This document shows, in pieces, positions 1-12,260 of a stretch of DNA of 64,000 nucleotides. The notes below the pieces were generated by a model. That model was not told the DNA's origin, ran no database searches, and worked only from the letters and a program-made list of their open reading frames with translations. A program made the position numbers and the translations under genes. This DNA comes from Escherichia coli. Its GTDB lineage: Bacteria > Pseudomonadota > Gammaproteobacteria > Enterobacterales > Enterobacteriaceae. The stretch lies in the NCBI RefSeq assembly GCF_024502345.1, contig NZ_JALDNN010000001.1; one strand, given 5' to 3'. Positions within the stretch are counted from its first letter, which is position 1. Each line of letters starts with the position of its first letter.

Positions 1-76
1 GTTACCCAGAGCATGGAAGCAGGTTAAGGCTTGCGGAGTGTCTGGCTGACAGATAATCGTCGATGAGGGCAGTTTT
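1..76 (+). promoter_or_regulatory. Upstream control region of the chb operon (partial, cut by window edge)
   Basis: Non-coding sequence immediately 5' of chbB start at 77; binding sites not individually resolved. Confidence 0.3.
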
Positions 77-397
77 ATGGAAAAGAAACACATTTATCTG
101 TTTTGTTCTGCGGGCATGTCTACCTCTTTACTGGTATCAAAAATGCGTGCACAGGCAGAAAAATATGAAGTTCCGGTCATTATTGAAGCATTTCCGGAAA
201 CACTGGCTGGTGAAAAAGGTCAGAATGCCGATGTCGTGTTATTAGGGCCGCAGATTGCTTATATGTTGCCCGAAATCCAGCGTTTGTTACCCAACAAACC
301 GGTTGAAGTAATTGACTCGCTGCTTTATGGCAAAGTCGATGGTTTAGGCGTGCTTAAGGCTGCGGTTGCAGCGATTAAAAAAGCCGCAGCAAATTAA
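77..397 (+). CDS. chbB: PTS chitobiose-specific EIIB component
   Basis: 106-aa [22 protein letters not shown] with PTS EIIB Cys motif; first gene of chbBCARFG order. Confidence 0.95.
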   Translation: MEKKHIYLFCSAGMSTSLLVSKMRAQAEKYEVPVIIEAFPETLAGEKGQNADVVLLGPQIAYMLPEIQRLLPNKPVEVIDSLLYGKVDGLGVLKAAVAAIKKAAAN

Positions 398-481
398 TTT
401 ATTTTAAATTTTCCCGTCAAAGAGTTATTTCATAAATCAATACCGCAATATTTAAATTGCGGTTTTTAAGGGTATTTTTCT

Positions 482-1840
482 ATGAGTAATGTTATTGCAT
501 CGCTTGAAAAGGTACTCCTCCCTTTTGCAGTTAAAATAGGAAAGCAGCCACACGTTAATGCAATCAAAAATGGCTTTATACGCTTAATGCCGTTAACCCT
601 TGCGGGGGCCATGTTTGTATTAATTAACAACGTTTTTCTAAGCTTTGGGGAGGGGTCGTTTTTTTATTCCTTAGGTATTCGCCTCGACGCCTCAACCATT
701 GAAACACTTAATGGTCTGAAAGGTATTGGCGGCAACGTATATAACGGAACATTAGGGATAATGTCTTTAATGGCACCGTTCTTTATTGGCATGGCGCTGG
801 CAGAAGAGCGTAAAGTCGATGCGCTGGCGGCTGGGTTGTTATCCGTTGCAGCATTTATGACCGTCACCCCATATAGTGTCGGTGAGGCCTATGCGGTTGG
901 CGCAAACTGGTTAGGTGGGGCGAATATCATCTCCGGGATTATTATTGGCCTGGTGGTGGCAGAAATGTTTACCTTTATTGTCCGCCGCAATTGGGTCATT
1001 AAACTGCCCGACAGCGTACCTGCTTCAGTATCGCGTTCCTTCTCGGCATTAATTCCCGGCTTTATTATTCTTTCCGTGATGGGGATTATTGCCTGGGCGT
1101 TGAATACCTGGGGCACCAACTTCCATCAGATCATTATGGATACCATCTCAACCCCACTGGCATCGTTGGGTAGCGTGGTGGGCTGGGCCTATGTGATCTT
1201 TGTTCCACTGCTCTGGTTCTTCGGTATTCATGGCGCGCTGGCGCTGACCGCACTGGACAACGGCATTATGACGCCGTGGGCGCTGGAAAATATCGCGACC
1301 TATCAGCAATATGGTTCCGTCGAAGCGGCGCTGGCAGCCGGTAAGACCTTCCATATCTGGGCCAAGCCGATGCTGGACTCCTTTATTTTCCTTGGGGGCA
1401 GTGGTGCGACTTTAGGCCTGATCCTGGCTATCTTTATCGCCTCTCGCCGTGCTGATTATCGTCAGGTGGCAAAACTGGCGCTGCCGTCCGGCATCTTCCA
1501 AATTAACGAACCGATTCTGTTTGGTCTGCCAATTATCATGAACCCGGTGATGTTTATCCCGTTTGTACTGGTACAACCGATTCTGGCGGCAATCACCCTG
1601 GCAGCGTACTACATGGGCATTATTCCTCCGGTGACCAATATTGCACCGTGGACCATGCCAACCGGTCTGGGAGCCTTCTTTAACACCAACGGTAGCGTCG
1701 CCGCATTGCTGGTTGCACTCTTCAACCTTGGTATCGCAACGTTAATTTATCTGCCCTTTGTTGTGGTGGCTAACAAAGCACAAAACGCGATTGATAAAGA
1801 AGAGAGCGAAGAAGATATCGCTAACGCCCTGAAATTTTAA
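482..1840 (+). CDS. chbC: PTS chitobiose-specific EIIC permease
   Basis: 452-aa hydrophobic multi-pass ORF; position between chbB and chbA. Confidence 0.95.
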
Positions 1841-1890
1841 TCGATGCCGGTACGGGTAATCGTGCCGGTAAGAATAGAGAGGAACGATGT

Positions 1891-2241
1891 ATGATGGATC
1901 TCGATAATATTCCCGATACGCAAACGGAAGCTGAAGAGCTGGAAGAAGTGGTGATGGGGCTTATCATCAACTCCGGACAAGCGCGCAGCCTGGCGTATGC
2001 GGCACTGAAACAGGCGAAGCAGGGCGATTTTGCCGCAGCAAAAGCCATGATGGATCAGTCACGGATGGCATTGAATGAAGCACATCTGGTACAGACGAAA
2101 CTGATTGAAGGCGATGCGGGCGAAGGTAAGATGAAAGTGAGTCTGGTGCTGGTCCACGCTCAGGATCATTTAATGACGTCCATGCTTGCGCGTGAACTGA
2201 TTACCGAATTAATTGAGCTTCATGAAAAACTGAAAGCATAA
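1891..2241 (+). CDS. chbA: PTS chitobiose-specific EIIA component
   Basis: 116-aa ORF; EIIA lactose/cellobiose family; operon context. Confidence 0.95.
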   Translation: MMDLDNIPDTQTEAEELEEVVMGLIINSGQARSLAYAALKQAKQGDFAAAKAMMDQSRMALNEAHLVQTKLIEGDAGEGKMKVSLVLVHAQDHLMTSMLARELITELIELHEKLKA

Positions 2242-2248
2242 GGAGTCG

Positions 2249-3091
2249 ATGATGCAGCCAGTGATTAACGCGCCGGAAATTGCCACTGCCCGAGAACAGC
2301 AGTTGTTTAATGGCAAAAACTTCCATGTGTTTATCTATAACAAAACTGAGAGTATCAGCGGACTGCATCAGCACGACTATTATGAATTTACTCTGGTATT
2401 AACCGGGCGTTATTTCCAGGAGATTAACGGTAAGCGCGTGTTACTGGAACGGGGCGATTTTGTTTTTATTCCGTTAGGTTCGTACCATCAAAGTTTTTAT
2501 GAGTTTGGTGCCACGCGCATATTGAACGTTGGGATCAGTAAACGCTTTTTTGAGCAGCATTACCTGCCATTGTTGCCTTATTGCTTTGTAGCTTCGCAGG
2601 TATACCGGACCAATAACGCTTTTCTCACCTATGTGGAAACAGTGATTTCTTCATTGAATTTCCGCGAAACAGGGCTGGAAGAGTTTGTTGAGATGGTTAC
2701 TTTTTATGTCATTAACCGTTTACGTCATTACCGCGAAGAACAGGTGATTGATGATGTACCGCAGTGGCTGAAAAGTACGGTAGAAAAGATGCATGATAAA
2801 GAGCAGTTTAGTGAATCGGCGCTGGAGAATATGGTGACGTTGTCAGCCAAATCACAGGAATATTTGACGCGGGCGACTCAACGATATTATGGCAAAACGC
2901 CAATGCAGATTATTAATGAAATCCGTATTAATTTTGCCAAAAAACAACTGGAAATGACCAACTATTCAGTGACGGATATTGCGTTTGAGTCCGGTTATAG
3001 TAGCCCGAGTTTGTTTATTAAAACGTTTAAGAAATTAACGTCCTTTACGCCTAAGAGCTATCGTAAGAAATTGACTGAATTTAATCTGTAA
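2249..3091 (+). CDS. chbR: AraC-family dual regulator of chb operon
   Basis: 280-aa ORF with C-terminal AraC-type HTH; operon context. Confidence 0.95.
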   Translation: MMQPVINAPEIATAREQQLFNGKNFHVFIYNKTESISGLHQHDYYEFTLVLTGRYFQEINGKRVLLERGDFVFIPLGSYHQSFYEFGATRILNVGISKRFFEQHYLPLLPYCFVASQVYRTNNAFLTYVETVISSLNFRETGLEEFVEMVTFYVINRLRHYREEQVIDDVPQWLKSTVEKMHDKEQFSESALENMVTLSAKSQEYLTRATQRYYGKTPMQIINEIRINFAKKQLEMTNYSVTDIAFESGYSSPSLFIKTFKKLTSFTPKSYRKKLTEFNL

Positions 3092-3194
3092 GTCGTTATA
3101 CCTGACAATTCACATATCTGTCCTGTTGCTGGATTATTTATGTCCGGGGGGCAGATATGCCAGATATCAGTATTCTGTACTGAAGGGAGAAATT

Positions 3195-4547
3195 ATGAGC
3201 CAGAAATTAAAAGTCGTCACTATTGGTGGCGGGAGCAGCTATACCCCGGAGTTACTGGAAGGATTTATTAAGCGTTATCACGAATTGCCGGTCAGCGAAT
3301 TATGGCTGGTGGATGTCGAAGGTGGCAAAGCTAAACTGGATATTATTTTCGATCTCTGCCAACGGATGATTGATAACGCTGGCGTCCCGATGAAGCTTTA
3401 TAAAACGCTGGATCGCCGCGAAGCATTGAAAGATGCTGATTTCGTTACTACCCAACTGCGCGTAGGCCAATTACCGGCGCGCGAACTGGATGAACGTATT
3501 CCGTTAAGTCATGGTTATCTTGGTCAGGAAACCAACGGCGCGGGCGGTCTGTTTAAAGGTCTGCGTACCATTCCGGTGATTTTTGACATCGTAAAAGATG
3601 TCGAAGAACTTTGTCCGAATGCATGGGTGATTAACTTCACTAACCCGGCGGGAATGGTCACTGAAGCCGTTTATCGTCATACCGGATTTAAACGTTTTAT
3701 CGGCGTGTGTAATATTCCGATCGGCATGAAGATGTTTATTCGCGATGTTCTGATGCTGAAAGACAGCGATGATTTATCTATCGATCTGTTCGGCCTCAAC
3801 CATATGGTGTTCATTAAGGATGTGCTGGTAAATGGCAAATCTCGCTTTGCCGAATTACTTGATGGTGTGGCATCCGGGCAGTTAAAAGCATCTGGCGTTA
3901 AAAATATTTTCGATCTGCCATTTAGCGAAGGCTTAATTCGTTCTCTGAATCTGTTGCCGTGTTCTTATTTGCTTTATTACTTCAAGCAAAAAGAGATGCT
4001 GGCTATTGAAATGGGCGAATACTACAAAGGCGGCGCACGAGCGCAGGTAGTACAGAAAGTCGAGAAACAACTTTTTGAGCTGTATAAAAACCCGGAGTTG
4101 AAAGTTAAGCCGAAAGAACTGGAACAGCGCGGTGGGGCTTATTACTCTGATGCAGCGTGCGAAGTGATCAACGCTATCTACAACGACAAGCAAGCAGAAC
4201 ATTACGTTAATATCCCGCATCATGGGCATATTGATAATATTCCGGCAGACTGGGCGGTAGAAATGACCTGTACGCTGGGGCGCGATGGCGCGACGCCACA
4301 TCCGCGCATTACGCATTTCGATGATAAAGTGATGGGGCTGATTCACACCATTAAAGGCTTCGAGATTGCTGCCAGCAACGCCGCACTTAGCGGAGAATTT
4401 AACGATGTGTTACTGGCGCTAAACCTTAGTCCGTTGGTGCATTCCGATCGCGATGCTGAGCTGCTGGCACGCGAGATGATTCTGGCGCACGAGAAATGGC
4501 TGCCAAATTTTGCCGACTGCATCGCAGAGCTTAAAAAAGCACATTAA
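3195..4547 (+). CDS. chbF: 6-phospho-beta-glucosidase (GH4, NAD/Mn dependent)
   Basis: 450-aa ORF from MSQKLKVVTIGGGSSYTPEL (GH4 N-terminal NAD-binding motif); ORF-track upstream start 3126 rejected. Confidence 0.93.
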   Translation: MSQKLKVVTIGGGSSYTPELLEGFIKRYHELPVSELWLVDVEGGKAKLDIIFDLCQRMIDNAGVPMKLYKTLDRREALKDADFVTTQLRVGQLPARELDERIPLSHGYLGQETNGAGGLFKGLRTIPVIFDIVKDVEELCPNAWVINFTNPAGMVTEAVYRHTGFKRFIGVCNIPIGMKMFIRDVLMLKDSDDLSIDLFGLNHMVFIKDVLVNGKSRFAELLDGVASGQLKASGVKNIFDLPFSEGLIRSLNLLPCSYLLYYFKQKEMLAIEMGEYYKGGARAQVVQKVEKQLFELYKNPELKVKPKELEQRGGAYYSDAACEVINAIYNDKQAEHYVNIPHHGHIDNIPADWAVEMTCTLGRDGATPHPRITHFDDKVMGLIHTIKGFEIAASNAALSGEFNDVLLALNLSPLVHSDRDAELLAREMILAHEKWLPNFADCIAELKKAH

Positions 4548-5318
<771 letters not shown>

Positions 5319-5328
5319 GTAAGGTGGT

Positions 5329-5356
5329 AAGGTCACTCCCCAGGGGACGTGACCTT
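5329..5356. terminator. Bidirectional hairpin between convergent chbG and katE
   Basis: Inverted repeat aaggtcac..tccccagggga..gtgacctt between the two stop codons. Confidence 0.5.
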
Positions 5357-5364
5357 ATCCATAT

Positions 5365-7626
5365 TTACGCCGGAATTTTGTCAATCTTAGGAATGCGTGA
5401 CCACACGCGGTGTGCTGCCATCAGCGTTAACAGTTCATCCATAAAACTACCGTCGGCGCTGTCAGCTTCCACAATCCCTTCTTCACCCTGGTCAGCGACC
5501 TTGATTGTTGCTTTAAACTTGCGCGCGTCTCCCGCCAGCGCAATCGGTTTAAGGTGTTTGTAGGCTTCCATCAGGTAGTAGTTGGCATCGCCGTTGTCAG
5601 CGATATCCGCGATATTGCCGCAAGGGACAATGACCGCATCGACCGTCAGCGAAGGCGCACCGGCAAAGGTAGCGGCTATAGGCAACACCGTACCGTCATC
5701 CGCAGTCACTTCACCCATTCGGGAGTAGAGCAGTTTGGCATGAACGCCTTTGGCCTTCAGGGCCTTAAGAATGGCCAGAAGGTCTGCCGATCTCACTTCA
5801 TCATTAAGTAAAATCGCTACCACGCGACCTTTCACATCACCGTCAGGAATGGCGTACAAACTTAAGGATGGATCCTTTTTCAGACCGTTGACGTCCGGAG
5901 GTGGGGTGATATTCAGCTGGTCGTCAGTCAGTTCGATACCGAGATTTTTCGCCACCGCCTGGGCCAGAGTGAGATCAATATGCGCCAGCTGGTCAACAAC
6001 GCGCTCACGAATATACGGACGAACGACTTTGCTTAACTCAAAACTGAAACCATCGACAATATGACGCTGCTCGAATGGCGTCTGACTTAGCCAGAACAGA
6101 CGCGGATGGGAATAATATTCGCCAAAAGATGGACTGCGCTCGCGAACTTTATTTCCTTCCACGCGTTCCTGATATGATTCAAAACCGCCGCGTTTCGGTC
6201 CCGGCGGTGTTTCGCGCGGCCAGTTATCGTTGATCGAGTTCGGTTCGTAATTCGCCGGGTTAGTGTCGATCCCCATACGATGCATGCCATCACGCTGGAA
6301 GTTGTGGTAAGGGCAGGTCGGACGGTTAATCGGAATCTCATGGAAATTCGGCCCACCAAGACGACTGATTTGTGTATCGGTATAGGAGAACAAACGTCCC
6401 TGCAACAGCGGATCGTTGGTGAAGTCCAGTCCCGGCACGATATGCCCAGGATGGAAAGCCGCCTGTTCGTTTTCAGCAAAGAAGTTATCCGGGTTGCGAT
6501 TGAGCACCATTTTGCCGACACGCTGAACGGGCACCAGTTCTTCCGGGATAAGTTTGGTTGGATCGAGAAGATCGAAGTCGAACTTGAATTCATCTTCTTC
6601 AGGAATCAACTGGAAGCCCAGTTCGTATTCCGGAAAATCGCCTGCTTCAATGGCTTCCCACAACTCGCGGCGGTGGAAGTCCGGGTCACGTCCGGTTAGT
6701 TTTTGTGCTTCATCCCAAACGAGTGAGGCTTTACCTGCCAGTGGTTTCCAGTGGAAACGTACAAACGTTGCCTTCCCTTCGGCATTAATCAGGCGGAAGG
6801 TATGAATACCAAAGCCTTCCATGGTGCGGTAACTGCGGGGGATGCCGCGATCCGACATCGCCCACATCACGTTGTGCAGAGTTTCAGGTTGCAGAGAAAC
6901 ATAATCCCAGAAAGTATCGTGGGCGCTTTGCCCTTGTGGAATTGCCCAGTGTGGTTCTGGTTTTACCGCATGAACAAAATCGGGGAATTTATGCGCATCC
7001 TGGATAAAGAAGATTGGCGTGTTATTGCCAACAAGGTCAAAAATACCCTCTTCGGTATAGAATTTGGTGGCAAAGCCACGGATATCACGCACGGTATCGG
7101 CAGAGCCAGCACCACCCTGAACAGTAGAGAACCTAACAAATACTGGGGTGATTTTGTTCGGATCTGAGAGGAAATCCGCTTTGGTGATATCGCTTAAGCT
7201 TTTATATGGCTGGAAATAACCGTGAGCTGCTGATCCACGTGCATGAACAATACGTTCCGGGATGCGCTCATGGTCAAAGTGGGTGATTTTCTCGCGCAGA
7301 ATAAAATCTTCCAGCAGCGTTGGACCACGGCTACCGGCACGCAGTGAGTTTTGATCGTCGGCGATGCGCACGCCCTGATTAGTGGTCAGCGCATAATTTT
7401 CACTGCCTTTGCGTACGTCTTCCAGAGAATTAAGTTTTTCGTTACGTGTATCAGGGGCTTTCAGGCTCCCAGGGGCGGTAGGTTGTGCACCTGGCGGTGT
7501 TGGTTCAGCCGCTGGACGATGAGATCCGTCCTCAGGTGCCAGTGAGTCCATCCCCGGTTTCGCTTCGCTGGAATCGTGTAGTGGTGACTGGTGCTGATGT
7601 GGGTTCTTTTCGTTATGTTGCGACAT
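5365..7626 (-). CDS. katE: Catalase HPII (large-subunit monofunctional catalase)
   Basis: 753-aa [32 protein letters not shown] with catalase core and C-terminal flavodoxin-like extension. Confidence 0.97.
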   Translation of the reverse strand: MSQHNEKNPHQHQSPLHDSSEAKPGMDSLAPEDGSHRPAAEPTPPGAQPTAPGSLKAPDTRNEKLNSLEDVRKGSENYALTTNQGVRIADDQNSLRAGSRGPTLLEDFILREKITHFDHERIPERIVHARGSAAHGYFQPYKSLSDITKADFLSDPNKITPVFVRFSTVQGGAGSADTVRDIRGFATKFYTEEGIFDLVGNNTPIFFIQDAHKFPDFVHAVKPEPHWAIPQGQSAHDTFWDYVSLQPETLHNVMWAMSDRGIPRSYRTMEGFGIHTFRLINAEGKATFVRFHWKPLAGKASLVWDEAQKLTGRDPDFHRRELWEAIEAGDFPEYELGFQLIPEEDEFKFDFDLLDPTKLIPEELVPVQRVGKMVLNRNPDNFFAENEQAAFHPGHIVPGLDFTNDPLLQGRLFSYTDTQISRLGGPNFHEIPINRPTCPYHNFQRDGMHRMGIDTNPANYEPNSINDNWPRETPPGPKRGGFESYQERVEGNKVRERSPSFGEYYSHPRLFWLSQTPFEQRHIVDGFSFELSKVVRPYIRERVVDQLAHIDLTLAQAVAKNLGIELTDDQLNITPPPDVNGLKKDPSLSLYAIPDGDVKGRVVAILLNDEVRSADLLAILKALKAKGVHAKLLYSRMGEVTADDGTVLPIAATFAGAPSLTVDAVIVPCGNIADIADNGDANYYLMEAYKHLKPIALAGDARKFKATIKVADQGEEGIVEADSADGSFMDELLTLMAAHRVWSRIPKIDKIPA

Positions 7627-7829
7627 TGAACTCGTCTCCTTAATTTATTACTGAAAGGGCCGCTGTTTTGGTCAAAAAACTCTCTAACTATAGACCACCA
7701 GCCAGATCCCGCTTCGGAGACTATTCTGGAAACGGTGTTATGAAATACACGCAAAGCGGGACGTACAGGGGCTAAATCGGCTAAACTACAGTTTTTCTAA
7801 TTTTTAATATGCGTTTAGTGAAGCCAGTA

Positions 7830-8072
7830 ATGAAGAAACCGCTCCGCCAGCAAAACCGCCAGATTATTAGCTATATCCCACGCACGGAACCCGCGCCGCC
7901 AGAACATGCGATAAAGATGGATTCGTTTCGTGATGTCTGGATGCTGCGTGGCAAATATGTTGCGTTTGTACTGATGGGAGAGTCATTTCTGCGCTCACCG
8001 GCGTTTACTGTGCCTGAATCTGCCCAACGTTGGGCAAATCAGATCCGCCAGGAAGGGGAAGTGACTGAGTAA
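7830..8072 (+). CDS. cedA: Cell division modulator CedA
   Basis: 80-aa ORF from MKKPLRQQNRQIISYIP; ORF-track start 7809 is an N-terminal extension. Confidence 0.85.
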   Translation: MKKPLRQQNRQIISYIPRTEPAPPEHAIKMDSFRDVWMLRGKYVAFVLMGESFLRSPAFTVPESAQRWANQIRQEGEVTE

Positions 8073-8360
8073 GGATTACATACCTCCCGGTTTTGCCGGG
8101 AGTTACATGACCTGAAATTCTGCATTTCGTTGCTACATTCATTCAAACCACCTGTAACAAAAAGCTGCCTTTGACGAGCTATTGCTATAAATAAGTGATC
8201 TTTTTTCTTTAATTGTTCATTTATTTTAAAATGGTTAAGTTTTGCTAATCATGATGAGCTATTTTTGATAGTTCATCCTGTGGCGTCGCGCTTAAACTTA
8301 TATTGTAAGTGACTTAGATTTAAATGAGATAATAATTTTGTTAACAATATGAGGCGGGAG

Positions 8361-9165
8361 ATGTTTTCTACAAACTTAATACAGAGTAATTATGGTGATT
8401 TAAATATTAAAAGCCTGGCTTTCGAATCTTTTAAAGAAAGGCTTGAGTCTACCATGGCGGCACTCACTTTCTTTATATCAACGGGTCAATGTGACTGCGA
8501 TGAAATAGCAGAGTCGAACTTCAATCGTATGATTGCCTATATGTCTAACATTAACTATGATGCCTCAAAGCCAGGAGCGCCAGCACTTAGTTTTGATACG
8601 TATCTGCAGGACAATGTTAAATATAGAGTGATAATTAATAATCTTTATGGCAGTGAGTTTCGGATAAGAGATGTTAATGAGAATTTTGTTGGGATGGATT
8701 TTACCTGTGAATTCCGACCCGAAAAAATGACGAATTTGATCAATATAAAAAATAGGTTGGTTATTCATTATTTAAGGACTATATACTATGAAAAAAATTA
8801 TATACATCCTGCCGGGAGCATTTTTGCTGCGATTCAAAAAAAATGAGAGTCTCCTAAAGTTTCCTTCGATAATATCAATGCTTAATATCAATCTTCTTTT
8901 TAATCCACTAAATCTTCCGGGAATGGGAAGTGGTGTGCTTGAAGATATTATGAGTATTCCAGATAGTTCACTTAGAAAACGTCTCGGGTATGAGGTTTTA
9001 AGCTTCTCACTACAGGCACATTCATTGAGCCAGGAATGTATTGATAAGTTGGACATTTTTTTCGCTGACGATCTGTTTAAATATGAGTCAGTATGCATCG
9101 CCGCGATGGAACATTTAAAAAGTAAAGCAACGGCCCCTATACAAAACGGACCGTTGCCAGCATAA
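8361..9165 (+). pseudogene. ydjO: ydjO-like ORF split by a +1 frameshift (fragments 8361..8846 and 8788..9165)
   Basis: Two overlapping same-strand ORFs in frames 0 and +1; combined span 805 nt, one base more than a multiple of three; shift lies in 8788..8846, which contains A7 and A8 runs; low-GC locus. Confidence 0.6.
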
Positions 9166-9168
9166 GAA

Positions 9169-10560
9169 TTAACGGTGTGCCAGTTCGGCGTCGTCTTCGC
9201 TATCCAGAATGGCTTTATCGGTTTGCTTCAGCCACTGGCTGGTCAGCGTGCCAGCTGTCATCGAGCCACTAACGTTTAGCGCCGTACGGCCCATGTCGAT
9301 AAGCGGTTCAACGGAGATTAACAGCGCCACCAGGGTTACTGGCAGGCCCATCGCAGGCAGCACAATCAGTGCGGCGAAAGTTGCACCACCACCGACACCG
9401 GCAACGCCTGCGGAACTAACGGTAACAATACCGACCAGCGTCGCAATCCACATCGGGTCCAGCGGGTTAATGCCAACCGTAGGCGCAACCATCACCGCCA
9501 GCATTGCCGGATACAAACCGGCGCAGCCGTTCTGACCAATGGTCGCACCGAAAGAGGCGGCGAAACTGGCGATTGATTCAGGAACGCCCAGACGACGCGT
9601 TTGTGCTTCCACATTCAGTGGGATAGACGCAGCACTGGAACGGCTGGTAAAGGCAAACGTCAGCACAGGCCATACCTTACGGAAGTACTTCAGCGGACTC
9701 ACGCCATTAATGCCCAGCAGAATGCCATGCACTGCAAACATAATCAGCAGACCGAGGTAGGACGCGACAACGAAACTTCCCAGTTTGATGATGTCTTGCA
9801 GGTTAGAACCTGCAACCACTTTGGTCATTAGTGCCAGAACGCCGTAAGGGGTCAACTGCATGACCAGGCGAACTAGTTTCATCACCCAGCTTTGCAGGGT
9901 ATCGATAGCGGTTAAGACGCGTTCACCTTTCGGCGCATCATCCTTCAGCAGTTTCAGCGCAGCTACACCGAGGAATGCGGCAAAAATTACCACGCTGATA
10001 ATTGACGTCGGATTGGCTCCGGTCAGATCGGCAAACGGGTTTTTCGGGATAAAGGACAAGACCAGCTGCGGAACGCTCAGGTCAGAGACTTTACCAACAT
10101 AGTTACTTTCGATGGCGTTCAGACGTGCAGTTTCTGCACCACCCTGAACCAGACCTTCAGCCGTCAAACCAAACAGGTTGGTGACCAGCACACCGACCAG
10201 CGCCGCAATCAGCGTGGTAAACAAAAGCGTACCGATGGTCAGAAAACTGATTTTGCCTAACTGAGATGCGTTATGCAGACGGGCAACCGCGCTCAGAATA
10301 GAGGCGAAGACTAACGGCATAACGATCATTTGCAGCAGTTGAACATAGCCGTTACCAACGATGTTAAACCACTGTACAGAATCTTTAAGTACCTGGCTGT
10401 CAGAACCATAAATGGTATGCAGGGCAAGGCCAAAAACCACACCCATCACCAGACCCACCAGCACGTTTTTCGCCAGACTCCACTGTTTATGGCGGGTCTG
10501 AGCCAGCGCAAACAGCAGTACAACGAACACCACGATGTTCGCAATTAATGGAAAGTTCAT
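9169..10560 (-). CDS. tcyP: L-cystine transporter (sodium:dicarboxylate symporter family)
   Basis: 463-aa multi-pass membrane ORF; matches YdjN/TcyP. Confidence 0.93.
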   Translation of the reverse strand: MNFPLIANIVVFVVLLFALAQTRHKQWSLAKNVLVGLVMGVVFGLALHTIYGSDSQVLKDSVQWFNIVGNGYVQLLQMIVMPLVFASILSAVARLHNASQLGKISFLTIGTLLFTTLIAALVGVLVTNLFGLTAEGLVQGGAETARLNAIESNYVGKVSDLSVPQLVLSFIPKNPFADLTGANPTSIISVVIFAAFLGVAALKLLKDDAPKGERVLTAIDTLQSWVMKLVRLVMQLTPYGVLALMTKVVAGSNLQDIIKLGSFVVASYLGLLIMFAVHGILLGINGVSPLKYFRKVWPVLTFAFTSRSSAASIPLNVEAQTRRLGVPESIASFAASFGATIGQNGCAGLYPAMLAVMVAPTVGINPLDPMWIATLVGIVTVSSAGVAGVGGGATFAALIVLPAMGLPVTLVALLISVEPLIDMGRTALNVSGSMTAGTLTSQWLKQTDKAILDSEDDAELAHR

Positions 10561-10692
10561 CCCCGTTCTCCTGATCTTATTATTTCTATCACTGCGTAGC
10601 AGTCATAGTGTTGGCGCAAGATTAACAGAACTGTGAGCTGGCTCTTATATTCAAATGGAATTGCTTATTCCAGAAAGGTGATTTTTGCCTTT

Positions 10693-11283
10693 TTAGTATT
10701 CAACCTGATGCTTAATAAGCCGATGAAACTGGATCTGCAAGGTATTGATCATTTGCGATGACCAACGAACAGCGCTGTTCTCGGGTAATGAATGGGGCAT
10801 CCATACCGACCAGACAAATAATGCCATGCAGATAAAACGTTCCAGTTGGTTACCCTTTTGGGGAACCAGGATAGGCAAGCGGAAACGCCAGCGGCATGGC
10901 CAGAGCAGGGGAACACCGGCGGGTGTCAGCATATCGGCAAGTATGTGGCTTAAATAACCCAGCACCATTCCTTGTAGCGCATCAGCCGGAATGAACCAGC
11001 TTTCATGAACCTTAAGGTAAAAGGTTGCCAGCAGCGCAAATACCGCCAGCAGACTGTGGGTAAAACCACGATGCCCAAAAGCGCGGGCGATCGGTTTTGA
11101 TATCCACTTTAATCGCTGCCCAAGAAACGACTTTGGGTGATCGATGTCCGGTAACAAACACGTCAGGATTGCGGAAGGGACAATATGCCACCAGTCACCC
11201 TGTGCCAGCACGGGCGTCAGCTCGGCATTTTTGGCAAATACCGCACAAGCAATAGAAAAGAGAAGGTGACCTTCCGCCGTCAT
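10693..11283 (-). CDS. ydjM: Inner membrane protein YdjM (SOS-regulated, metal-dependent hydrolase-like)
   Basis: 196-aa ORF from MTAEGHLLF; LexA boxes immediately upstream. Confidence 0.9.
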   Translation of the reverse strand: MTAEGHLLFSIACAVFAKNAELTPVLAQGDWWHIVPSAILTCLLPDIDHPKSFLGQRLKWISKPIARAFGHRGFTHSLLAVFALLATFYLKVHESWFIPADALQGMVLGYLSHILADMLTPAGVPLLWPCRWRFRLPILVPQKGNQLERFICMALFVWSVWMPHSLPENSAVRWSSQMINTLQIQFHRLIKHQVEY

Positions 11284-11297
11284 GATAAAACTCACTA

Positions 11298-11335
11298 AAC
11301 TGTCGATACGTACAGTATAGGATTTTTATACAGTG
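11298..11335 (-). promoter_or_regulatory. Tandem LexA (SOS) boxes in the ydjM promoter
   Basis: Minus strand reads TACTGTACGTATCGACAGTT (CTGT-N8-ACAG) plus an adjacent second CTGT-containing box, just 5' of the ydjM ATG at 11283. Confidence 0.75.
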
Positions 11336-11445
11336 CACGGAAGTGGTGACGGTGTAACTCTTTCTCTTAAATTGACGATTAATCCGTCAGTTGAATGCAA
11401 ATTCAGATAAAGAACCAGGGGCAGCGTGATCACTGCCCCTGGTCA

Positions 11446-12114
11446 TTAACCGAGAAGGTCTTTTGCGGTGAGTTCTGTCAGCGATGAGAGTTTGACGTTT
11501 GCTAATACAAAACGTGGATCATTTTGCGCTTCTGGCGCAGGAACGACGATGGAACGCATGCGGGCTGCTTTAGAGGCGATCATGCCATTTACCGAATCCT
11601 CCAGCGCTACGCAGGTCAGTGGGTCAACGCCCAGTTTTGCTGCGCAGTCGAGATATACTTGCGGATGCGGCTTGCTGTAAGGCAGTTTTTCGGCCGAGGC
11701 GAGGGCATCGAAACTGTCGCGTAAGTCAAACATGGTCAACACTTTTTCCAGCATATGTAGTGGTGACGCGGAGGCCAGTCCCACCAATAAACCTTGTTCT
11801 TTGCATAACGCAACGGCTTCGCGCACGCCTGGTAATAATGGACGTGTCTCTTCAACCAGTGAAATGGCACGGGCAATAACCCGTTCTACTACTTCCTGAC
11901 GGCTTGGCCCATTCCACGGTTGCCGGGCGTACCAAAGATCGACCACCATATCGATGCGTAAACCTAAGGTGTCCGGCAGCTCGTTACGACGGGAGATATC
12001 CACCCCCAGGCTTGCCATCACATCCAGTTCGGCTCGATCCCATAAAGGTTCTGAGTCGATAAGTAATCCATCCATATCAAAAATTGCAGCAAGAATCTGA
12101 CGCGGGGTTGACAT
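11446..12114 (-). CDS. hxpB: HAD-superfamily sugar phosphatase (2-deoxyglucose-6-phosphatase)
   Basis: 222-aa ORF with HAD motif I (AAIFDMDGLLIDSEP). Confidence 0.92.
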   Translation of the reverse strand: MSTPRQILAAIFDMDGLLIDSEPLWDRAELDVMASLGVDISRRNELPDTLGLRIDMVVDLWYARQPWNGPSRQEVVERVIARAISLVEETRPLLPGVREAVALCKEQGLLVGLASASPLHMLEKVLTMFDLRDSFDALASAEKLPYSKPHPQVYLDCAAKLGVDPLTCVALEDSVNGMIASKAARMRSIVVPAPEAQNDPRFVLANVKLSSLTELTAKDLLG

Positions 12115-12260
12115 TACAACCTCTCCTTTAGAGCATTATGTGTAAGGTATTAAGCCGTGCTTATGATTAAGCGCCTATCATATCGCCTTTAAAGAATGGG
12201 CGAAAACAGATATCTACAGGTAAACTAAGTGAAACGACGCGTCTTAATCAAGGAGAACTC

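Noticed and set aside
5554-7167. Several ORFs of 80 to 170 aa in other frames or antisense within katE (e.g. 6087..6593, 6280..6699, 6751..7167)
   Set aside because: They are fully embedded in a long, well-recognised catalase ORF and their translations have no recognisable domains; typical shadow ORFs
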